DNA from: Chloroflexota bacterium
GTDB taxonomy: Bacteria > Chloroflexota > Dehalococcoidia > DSTF01 > RBG-16-68-14
NCBI GenBank assembly: GCA_003228685.1
Contig: QIFC01000096.1
Location: 49,309-113,308, forward strand
Reading direction: 5' to 3'
DNA length: 64,000 nt
The position numbers were made by a program, and so were the translations under genes. Shown in pieces: positions 1 through 7,643 of the stretch (position 1 is the stretch's first letter; every line of letters begins with the position of its first letter). The notes under the pieces were generated by a model that did not search any database, was not told where the DNA came from, and saw only the letters and a list, made by a program, of their open reading frames with translations.

Positions 1-871
1 CCGAGATGGCCAACATCGTTAGCACCATACCGGGAATCGAATCTCCCAGCTCCATGCCCCAGGCGAGGACGCCAACCGTGAACAAGATCGTTAGCTGGAC
101 GATAGCAACGAGGCCGAACGAAGCGATCCGAGACCCGAGCAGGACAGTTCTATGGACGGGTGCCGCGACCGCGCGCTGCCACGTGACGAAGATGTTCTTC
201 TCGCCGTAGATGAACAGGGCGACGAATCCCGCCAGCCAGAAGCCGAACATCACGGCGAACCCAGGCACAGTCTGCTCGGCGGCGCTGGGGAAGTTCCGTG
301 GATCCTCCCCCAGCCGCGTCACGACGTCGATCGATGGTGACTCCAGCACGCCGAGGACGGCGATCTGGACAGCCTCACTACCCCCCTCTCCGGCGATCTC
401 ATCGGTGAGCTCACCGGGGAGGTGATCCAGCACGAGCACGCTCTCGATCCGCTCACGGACGGTGGTCGCAAGGCTGGCCTGGATAGGGTCGACGTAGAAG
501 CTGAGCGGCTCAGCCAAAGCGCTTTCCCGCCAGCCCTCCGGGATCACGAGCACGGCGAACTGGTCGCGGCCCGAGAACACATCCTTCGCGTCAGACTCTG
601 TAAACGCGCTCTCGTCCCACTCCTTGACTCGCAGATCGATGCTGTCGACGCCTCCCAATTCTTCGAGGAGCCCCTCTGATGTCGCTGAGCGGGCCATGTC
701 AACGACGGTTAGGTCGACGCCTCGTCCCGCGACGAGAAAGTCCAGCGCCTGGCTCGTCACGGCGACGAGGATGAGCGGCATGACGAACAGGAGGGCGATG
801 GCGGTCGGGTTTACCACCAGCATCCGCAGGTCCTTACGGACAAGAGTGAGGAATTGTCGGAGTGTTGTCAT
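1..871 (-). CDS. ABC-2 type transporter permease (3' end runs off window)
   Basis: Not in ORF track. Manual translation from ATG at 871: MTTLRQFLTLVRKDLRMLVVNPTAIALLFVMPLILVAV..., paralogous to the adjacent permease (RKELRLL...LLFIMPFVLVAV). Confidence 0.85.
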   Translation of the reverse strand, partial: MTTLRQFLTLVRKDLRMLVVNPTAIALLFVMPLILVAVTSQALDFLVAGRGVDLTVVDMARSATSEGLLEELGGVDSIDLRVKEWDESAFTESDAKDVFSGRDQFAVLVIPEGWRESALAEPLSFYVDPIQASLATTVRERIESVLVLDHLPGELTDEIAGEGGSEAVQIAVLGVLESPSIDVVTRLGEDPRNFPSAAEQTVPGFAVMFGFWLAGFVALFIYGEKNIFVTWQRAVAAPVHRTVLLGSRIASFGLVAIVQLTILFTVGVLAWGMELGDSIPGMVLTMLAIS

Positions 872-876
872 GCGAC

Positions 877-2067
877 CTACTCCACGGCGGTACGTGGTCT
901 GAGCGCAATCGCCAGAAACGCCGCCGCGAACGCGAGTAGCACTCCGAGCTGTGGCAATACGTCGCCGAAGCCGCGGCCCCTTACGATGAGTTCTTGGATG
1001 GCGTCCACCGCCCAGAACTGCGGCGTGGCGCGGGCGAGCGGCTGCATCCAGTCCGGCAGAAAGGCGATGGGAATGAGCGCGCCGCCGAACGCGCCAAACA
1101 CGATGACGCTGATGCTGATAGTCGCGGCGATAGCGGCGGTGTTATTGAGGAGCGAGGCCACCAGGGTCCCGAACGCGGCCGCCACAAATGACCAGCAGAC
1201 GATCGTCAGCACGAGAGCGATTGGCGCGCTCCCCAGCTCCATGCCCCAGATTGCCCACCCGAGTACGAGCATGAGCAGCAGCTGTGCGACTCCGAGCAGC
1301 GCATACACTCCTACCCTTGCAAGCACGAGCGCGGGCTGTGAAATCGGCGCGGCGAGCGTGCGAGCCCACGTCTTTGTCTCCTCCTTCTCCAAGGAGAGGT
1401 TGATGGCGAGGGCAAACGCGACGAAGAGGCCGAACATCACGGCGAAGCCAGGCACCGTCTGCTCGAAGGCGGACGGGAACGTGTCACGTTCCGACACAAC
1501 GACCGTGCGCAACTCGTCGCCAGCCGCTTCGCCCGCCGAGAGCGCCGCGCGCGACACGCTCTCTCGGGCCTCGGCCGCTGTGGCGCCTGTCTCCTCTATG
1601 ACCACCGAGACCAGCAACTCCGCGAGTTCGTCCACCGCGACAATAGCCGTGAGCTGTTCGCGCACGGCCTCGACGTAGGAGGCGCGCGCCGGGTCGCCGA
1701 AGAGGGCGAGTGTCTGCCGGCCACCCTCTGCGTATCCTGCCGGGATCACGAGGGCGGAAAATCGCTCTCCGTCGCCAAAGAGGTCGTAGATGTGATCATC
1801 GGTGGCGTCGGCTTCGCTCCAGTCTAGACTCGTCACCGCGAGGCCATCAGTCGCGTCAAGGCGGGTAACCAGCTGCTGGGATGCTTCCGAGTCATCGAGA
1901 TCGATCACGCTCACCGTCAGCTCCGGGCGGCCGGTCACGAGCGGCTCTAACGCTGTGCTGAGGACGGCAACGAGGACGAACGGCATGATGAAAAGGAGCA
2001 CAAAAGTGGCGGGATCGCTGCTAAGGAGCCTCAGCTCCTTGCGAACGACCGCCCAGAACGCCACCAC
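877..2067 (-). CDS. ABC-2 type transporter permease
   Basis: N-terminal TM, extracellular loop, C-terminal TM bundle with PGFAVMF, GGALIP and P..WA motifs. Confidence 0.9.
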   Translation of the reverse strand: MVAFWAVVRKELRLLSSDPATFVLLFIMPFVLVAVLSTALEPLVTGRPELTVSVIDLDDSEASQQLVTRLDATDGLAVTSLDWSEADATDDHIYDLFGDGERFSALVIPAGYAEGGRQTLALFGDPARASYVEAVREQLTAIVAVDELAELLVSVVIEETGATAAEARESVSRAALSAGEAAGDELRTVVVSERDTFPSAFEQTVPGFAVMFGLFVAFALAINLSLEKEETKTWARTLAAPISQPALVLARVGVYALLGVAQLLLMLVLGWAIWGMELGSAPIALVLTIVCWSFVAAAFGTLVASLLNNTAAIAATISISVIVFGAFGGALIPIAFLPDWMQPLARATPQFWAVDAIQELIVRGRGFGDVLPQLGVLLAFAAAFLAIALRPRTAVE

Positions 2068-2076
2068 AGCTTGCGC

Positions 2077-3066
2077 CTAGTCCCGGAGCGCCTTGCCGGT
2101 GAGACGCAGGAAGAGTTGTTCCAGGTTGGGCTTGGCGATATCGAGGCCGGCCAGCGTCACCTGATGCTCTCGTGCCGTCGCCAGCAGCGCCGCCAGCCCC
2201 TGCTCCTGGTCCTCCGCCACAACGCGATAGCCGTTGCCATCGACGCGCGTGATCTCGGAGACGCCCGGCTGCTTGGCAACCGACGCCTCGAAGGCGACCG
2301 ACTCCTCAGCCAGCTCTACGGTGAACGCCACACCAGGCATTTGCGCGAGCAGCTTCGGCACCTCGTCACAGACGACGATCTCACCACCATCGATGATGGC
2401 GACACGATCGCAGAGCGCTTCCGCCTCCTCGACGTAGTGGGTTGTGTAGAGGATGGCGGTGCCATCATCCTTAGCGAGGGACGTGATGTTTTCGAAGATA
2501 CGGTTGCGCGACTGAGGATCGACGCCCACGGTCGGCTCGTCGAGCAGGAGCAGCCGAGGCTTGTGAAGCAGGCCGGCCGCGAGGTTCAGCCGCCGCTTCA
2601 TGCCTCCGGAGAACTTCGTCACGATCGGCTTCTTCGCCGAGCCGGTCAGGCCGACGATTTCGAGCACCTCCTCAATCCGTTGCCGCAGGGGGCGGCCCCA
2701 GAGGCCGTAGAGGTTGCCAAAGAACTCCAGGTTGGCCCAGGCGCTGAAGCGCAGGTAGAGCCCGATATCTTGTGGCACGAGCCCGATCAGCTTCCTGACG
2801 GCCATCGAATCGTCGCGGGCATTGTGGCCGGAGACACTCACGCTCCCACCACCGGCCTTGAGCAGCGTGGCGATCACTGAAATCGTCGTCGTCTTGCCGG
2901 CGCCATTGGGCCCAAGCAGGCCGAAGATCTCGCCCGCGCTGATCTGAAAGGAGATGGCGTTTACGGCGGTGAAGTCGCCGTAGCGCTTGATGAGGCCAGA
3001 GACCTCAAGCACGGCTGAGGACTCTCCTCCCGCCGCTTTCGCCGAGGTCGCTTGCTGCGCGCTCAC
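2077..3066 (-). CDS. ABC-2 exporter ATP-binding subunit
   Basis: Walker A GPNGAGKTT, signature FSGGMKRR, Walker B LLLLDEPT, C-terminal PNLEQLFL. Confidence 0.95.
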   Translation of the reverse strand: MSAQQATSAKAAGGESSAVLEVSGLIKRYGDFTAVNAISFQISAGEIFGLLGPNGAGKTTTISVIATLLKAGGGSVSVSGHNARDDSMAVRKLIGLVPQDIGLYLRFSAWANLEFFGNLYGLWGRPLRQRIEEVLEIVGLTGSAKKPIVTKFSGGMKRRLNLAAGLLHKPRLLLLDEPTVGVDPQSRNRIFENITSLAKDDGTAILYTTHYVEEAEALCDRVAIIDGGEIVVCDEVPKLLAQMPGVAFTVELAEESVAFEASVAKQPGVSEITRVDGNGYRVVAEDQEQGLAALLATAREHQVTLAGLDIAKPNLEQLFLRLTGKALRD

Positions 3067-3755
3067 GTCTGTTCCGCCGTTCTGGGTTTGTCCACGCCGT
3101 CTGCTTCCTCTGCCTCGGCAGCCTTCCCGCCACCGCTCTGCTCCTTACTACGGCTAACAATGCCATCCAGGCCGAGCCGTTGGAAGCGCATGATGGCGTC
3201 GATGTCCAGATCCTCGCCCTCAAGCGTCGCGTGGAGAATGAGGCCATTGAAAATGGCCAGCATCAGGCTGGCTATGGCCGCTACGTCTTCGTCCGAAGGT
3301 CCTTTGCCAACGTCCGAACGTACGAGGGTGGCCAGTACTTCACGCCACTCGCGCCAGCTCTCTCGGAAGCCCTCGAGACCCGTTTCATTGCGGGCAGCCC
3401 AGGCCCACCACTCGACGTTCCCTCTTCCACTTTGGAAGAATGCTGGCGCCTTTAGAATCGGTGTGATCATCTGCATCAGCCGATGCACGGCTCCTGGTTC
3501 CGAGCCATCTTCTCGCAGAATCGCACGTGCCAAATCGAGGGTCCCCCGAATGCTGTCAAGCATTGCCTCGCTAATTAGCGCATCCTTGCTAGGAAACAAG
3601 CGCTGAACGACGCTCTTGGGCATGAGTGACGTACGGCAGATGTCGTCAATGGTTGTACGGTGGAATCCTTTGGCTGTAAGACTTTGTCGAGCGGCCGCCA
3701 AAATTCGTGCGCGCCTGTCCGACTCGGTGAGCGACGCCTCCACGTTACGCGACAC
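3063..3755 (-). CDS. TetR/AcrR family transcriptional regulator
   Basis: N-terminal RARILAAA...GFHRTTIDDIC...FPSKDAL HTH; stop overlaps the ATPase start. Confidence 0.85.
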   Translation of the reverse strand: MSRNVEASLTESDRRARILAAARQSLTAKGFHRTTIDDICRTSLMPKSVVQRLFPSKDALISEAMLDSIRGTLDLARAILREDGSEPGAVHRLMQMITPILKAPAFFQSGRGNVEWWAWAARNETGLEGFRESWREWREVLATLVRSDVGKGPSDEDVAAIASLMLAIFNGLILHATLEGEDLDIDAIMRFQRLGLDGIVSRSKEQSGGGKAAEAEEADGVDKPRTAEQT

Positions 3756-4506
3756 TGATTTCTTCTCCAGTCTCTAGGCGATAACCAAATCCAGGCACCG
3801 CGGCGATGAATTCGCGCGAACCAGCGATGTCTGCGAGTGTGCTTCGAGTACGCTGAACGAGCTTTCTCAGATTCTCTGAGCTACCATGATACGGACTCCC
3901 CCAGATTTGCTCTATCAACTCGTTGTGAGTAAGTATCTCACCACTCCTCATGACCAATGCTCTGATGAGTTTGAATTCGTTGGGGGTGACTTGGGTCTCG
4001 GTCCCATTAACTGCGCACGTGGCTCTCTTACCATCCAGCCGTAGGACCCCGGCCTGCAGGGTTTCCGCCTGAAGCTGTCCGGATAGCTGGTTGCGGCGCA
4101 GGAGTGCCAGCACGCGTGCCTCAAGTTCGCCTATCTCGATGCTTGTTGGGACGTGGTCGTCCGCCCCGATGCCGAGCGCATCGGCCACGTGGCCATTTCC
4201 CGTATGATCGCAGAGGATGAATAGTGGGACCTTGCTGATGTCGCGTAGTTGGCGACAGACCTCGCAGCAGCTGGCATTCGGCAGGCTTCCGGCCAGAACA
4301 ACGAGGTCGGGCACCTTCGACTGCAATGCAATCAAGGCGTCTGTTAGGCTTCCAGCGCGGCGAACCTGAAGGCTGAGGTCATCAAGCGACGTTGTTATCC
4401 AATCGGCCAGTCCTGTGTTGGTCGAAACGACAAGGATCTGTCGGCCACTGCTTCCATTTCGCTTCACGCCACGTTCCTCCCTGCTAGGCAAGAACTTTAC
4501 CCTCAT
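3745..4506 (-). CDS. OmpR/PhoB family response regulator with degenerate receiver domain
   Basis: Receiver-like N-terminus plus winged helix (TPNEFKLI...LIEQIWG...VPGFGYRL); phosphorylation-site residues substituted. Confidence 0.85.
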   Translation of the reverse strand: MRVKFLPSREERGVKRNGSSGRQILVVSTNTGLADWITTSLDDLSLQVRRAGSLTDALIALQSKVPDLVVLAGSLPNASCCEVCRQLRDISKVPLFILCDHTGNGHVADALGIGADDHVPTSIEIGELEARVLALLRRNQLSGQLQAETLQAGVLRLDGKRATCAVNGTETQVTPNEFKLIRALVMRSGEILTHNELIEQIWGSPYHGSSENLRKLVQRTRSTLADIAGSREFIAAVPGFGYRLETGEEISVA

Positions 4507-4649
4507 TGGTGTGACATTTCAAGGAATATCTTTCAATTTGGGCGTCTTGGGAACGGCTCGCCTGCATCCCGGTCGGGTGCGTCACGCAAAAATCACGCAT
4601 CTGACAGGGAATTGTCACAGCGAACGAAGATCGTAGGTCATAGGTCAAT

Positions 4650-5579
4650 GTGCTATCATGCGTCCACGGTGATGTCTTGGGAGTAAACTTTTCGTCGATT
4701 GAAGGCCCCCTGGAGTTGCTAGGCCAGTTCGCTACCGGGCGTGTCTCACGTTGGGTTGTCGGAGGGCTGCGGGCGGTTCAATATTCGGCTTTCAACAGCG
4801 CCAGTTCCAATCTGAATCGGCTCCAGCACCGGCAGCAAAGTAATAGCCAGCGAAACTCAGACTACATAAGGAACGTCTGGGCCGCGGACATGGCGACGTT
4901 CCTTCTGCATCTACCTAACAAGCGTTTTCGCGAACGAGCGCTGGACATGGTCAACATCGACGAGATCGAGCGCGCCGCCTCCGATGGCAAGGGCACGATC
5001 GTTGCCGGCCAGCACCTAGGACCCAACGCCGCGATTCCCTTGATCCTGGCGCAGCTTGGGATAGAGGTCTCGGTCATGGGCTCGCAGGCCGTCATCGATT
5101 TCGGACGGCCGCTTGTGGACATCTGTTTACCTGAAGCGTCCGGCCGTATCAGTTGGCTATCGACTGCGGATGCGCACGTGCTCTTCGAGGCCCGCGCGGC
5201 TCTCCTACAGGGCCGCGTTCTGGTTGGCTTCTTCGACGACCTGAGCAGCGGAGCCGCCCGCCAGGCTGAAGTTGAACTGCTCGGCCGGCGCGTGCAACTG
5301 CCTCTAACGCTGCCGCACCTCGCGGCCGCGGCGAAATGCAGCATCGTACCGGCAAGCATCGTGCGGGACGGCGGAACGCACTACACGATGATACTCGACG
5401 CGGCGCTTCCGCCGCCCGCCCGCGACGCAGACGCAATCACGGCCACCGCTCGCGAACTCGCCCGCGTGGCCGAGCGGCACATTCGAGAGCATCCAGAGCA
5501 GTGGCTGGGCTGGTCTCAGCTCCCGGCCCAACGCGACACACTCGCAGCAACACCTGTGATGCAGTCTGTCTCCAGCTAG
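4650..5579 (+). CDS. Lysophospholipid/lipid A-type acyltransferase (LpxL/PatA-like); start uncertain
   Basis: GKGTIVAGQHLG, VELLGR and C-terminal IREHPEQWLGW motifs. Confidence 0.75.
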   Translation: MLSCVHGDVLGVNFSSIEGPLELLGQFATGRVSRWVVGGLRAVQYSAFNSASSNLNRLQHRQQSNSQRNSDYIRNVWAADMATFLLHLPNKRFRERALDMVNIDEIERAASDGKGTIVAGQHLGPNAAIPLILAQLGIEVSVMGSQAVIDFGRPLVDICLPEASGRISWLSTADAHVLFEARAALLQGRVLVGFFDDLSSGAARQAEVELLGRRVQLPLTLPHLAAAAKCSIVPASIVRDGGTHYTMILDAALPPPARDADAITATARELARVAERHIREHPEQWLGWSQLPAQRDTLAATPVMQSVSS

Positions 5580-5622
5580 CCGCCCCTACTTCTAGCCCAT
5601 CTCCCGCGAGCGAATACAGCGC

Positions 5623-5817
5623 GAGGGTCTGAAGACCCTCCCTTACGAGTCAACGCGGGCTACGCCATCCATCAAGGATGACCGACCGCCTACGAAGACG
5701 GCAGGGACGTTAGAAGGAAAGGCTAAGCCTCTTGCTGCGCTCGAGGTGAGGGTTGGCGGCAGACGCGTTCCGCGCGGCGGCGGGAGGGTCTGAAGACCCT
5801 CCCCTGCGAGTCAACGC
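5623..5817. repeat. Two 34-bp direct repeats (5623-5656, 5784-5817), each with the palindrome GAGGGTCT-GA-AGACCCTC; REP-like
   Basis: 32/34 identical; on the - strand the palindrome is preceded by GTAA/GCAG, variants of the GTAG REP tetranucleotide. Confidence 0.75.
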
Positions 5818-5911
5818 AGGCCGTCGATGAAGTCGGCTCACCTTGTGGACACCCCGGCACCGGCGTCTCTGGCCGCTCGCGAGGAGGTTACTGCCGCCTT
5901 GGCTGTAGGCG

Positions 5912-6010
5912 TTAGAATGCGCCGGTGATTAACCCCACGATTATGCTAACGATGCCGAGCAACGCCATAGCCGCAATGAACGCTTCGATCTTCCAAAGGA
6001 AACTGGACAT
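5912..6010 (-). CDS. Small hydrophobic membrane peptide, 32 aa (MSSFLWKIEAFIAAMALLGIVSIIVGLITGAF)
   Basis: Below ORF-track cutoff; strong SD AAGGAGG directly after the upstream stop codon; one TM-like segment. Confidence 0.6.
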   Translation of the reverse strand: MSSFLWKIEAFIAAMALLGIVSIIVGLITGAF

Positions 6011-6023
6011 ACCTAACCTCCTT

Positions 6024-7127
6024 CTACCACACTATACAACTTTCGCCGGGCCCAACGATCATCGTAGACTCCAACTGTGCCGAACTCCAAGTCCAGTACA
6101 TCTGCTGCTTGAAGCTCGTTCTCGCGTTCGCCAACACCGAAAACGGTTCGATGTACCATTGATCGGTAGGTAGGGGGCTGTCCTCAATCTGCGCTAACAG
6201 TGACGGGTCGTTGAACTTGAGGGACGGCGGGTTGTAGCCGATCATCAGGTAGTACAGGTTGCCCGGGTCCTTCACCCAGCCCCACTGTTTCGTGTGCGTG
6301 ATCTTGGCGACCGAGGTCCCGAACAGAAAGCTGCGCCAATGGTCCTCGTTATCGCAACTCTCGTAGACTAGCGGTCCTTCTGAGTTGGTGATTGGTACCT
6401 CAATGCCACTGATTGCCGCCACGCCCCCGATGGCGCCCTTACTGGCCGACATCGTCAGTTCCATCACATCGAGGACAGCCCCGCCCGGATGCAGCACCTC
6501 AACGCAGTACGTCTTGCTCTGTCCGGGCGTGAGGATGGCGGGATCTGAGGCGGCGACGCCTGCCAGGTTGTCCACTATGGCCCCGGCCACGCCTCCGGCT
6601 GCGTCGATCGCAGCCTGGACCTCCACCCAGGCTGCCGCACGCTCGGCTGCGATCTCGGCCACGGTCTGTGTGTCACCGTTGCAGGCGGTATTGGAGAAAT
6701 TAGGAGGAGCTATGCTCCCGCACGTCATGCCGAACCGAGCGAACACAGTCTGAAGATCGCTGGCGTCGATGTCATTGTCGGCTCCCTGTTTGCTATTGGG
6801 TAGAGGCTCCAAGTTGAACGCCTCATTGTAGATAGGATCGCCTTCCGACGTGCCCCACCTGAATGCTATGGCCTGGGCATCCCTGGCGTCGACCACACAG
6901 TCGGGACGCCGCCCAGTGAGCGAGTCGCTGGTGGGCCCACCCCAGACGTCGAAGTTATCCCACGGGTTGAGCGGGTCCTGCATCCATCCGAAGCGCAGCT
7001 CCGTGGCGTTGTTCCACCCATCGCCATCGTCATCTCCGTACCAATCGAAGCCGCCTCCTGCTTCGCTGCTAGACGCTGTAAGTGCCGCCAGGGTCAGAAT
7101 GGCAATGCTCAGAAATGCGATTTTCAT
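6024..7127 (-). CDS. Secreted protein with N-terminal Ca-binding dockerin/flexitail-like module
   Basis: Signal peptide; DDDGDG...DPLNPWDNFDV; paired EF-hand-like motifs DCVVDARD and DNDIDASDL; AGGAG RBS. Confidence 0.7.
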   Translation of the reverse strand: MKIAFLSIAILTLAALTASSSEAGGGFDWYGDDDGDGWNNATELRFGWMQDPLNPWDNFDVWGGPTSDSLTGRRPDCVVDARDAQAIAFRWGTSEGDPIYNEAFNLEPLPNSKQGADNDIDASDLQTVFARFGMTCGSIAPPNFSNTACNGDTQTVAEIAAERAAAWVEVQAAIDAAGGVAGAIVDNLAGVAASDPAILTPGQSKTYCVEVLHPGGAVLDVMELTMSASKGAIGGVAAISGIEVPITNSEGPLVYESCDNEDHWRSFLFGTSVAKITHTKQWGWVKDPGNLYYLMIGYNPPSLKFNDPSLLAQIEDSPLPTDQWYIEPFSVLANARTSFKQQMYWTWSSAQLESTMIVGPGESCIVW

Positions 7128-7549
7128 TTCGGTCTCCTAACGCTCCACTCCGCCCGCGGGACATCCACCCGTCGGCGCTTCCGAGGTAACCGTAAGCCGC
7201 CAGCCTGTGACAGTTCCATGGCATCTGGGGTGATTGTTCTGTGACACTCACGCGTCGCTAATCGGATTCCTGAGCGTCACGCGAAGCTCACGGCTAAATG
7301 GCCGCTAAGAAGGCGGTGAGAGGAAACGGCGGGGGCTAGTCGCCGAAGCGGCAGCGCGACAGGGCGACAGAGGAACGTTGTGGTGAACGCCACGAGCACG
7401 GCTAACGCTGGCAGGATGTCCCCGGTGCCCAATCCTAGAAGGGGCGCTGCGAGATAGTAACCGCAGGGACGGCCGGTGGCGGCGGCCCCGAAGGGGCCGG
7501 CCGGACCGGCACGGCGTCTGGCCAACCCATGGTTTGCTTGAAGCGGCGT

Positions 7550-7573
7550 GGGCGCGGCAAGCAGCGCCCCTAC
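7550..7573 (-). repeat. GTAG-type REP-like palindrome (GTAG-GGGCGC-TGCTTGCC-GCGCCC)
   Basis: GTAG followed by a GC-rich hairpin in an intergenic region. Confidence 0.5.
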
Positions 7574-7643
7574 ATGACCCTGCGAGGCGGGCGCATGGCT
7601 ACTGCCGTAGGCAGTAGCTTGCACGAAGCAGAGCTTCGTCTGG

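Noticed and set aside
5623..5817. CRISPR array from the two 34-bp palindromic repeats
   Set aside because: Only two copies, the 127-bp spacer is too long, and no cas genes are present
7315..7445. Lysine or SAM-I riboswitch, or RNase P RNA
   Set aside because: Only short partial matches (GTCGCCGAAG, GGTGCCCAATCC, GAGGAAA); remaining consensus absent and orientation is opposite to the flanking genes
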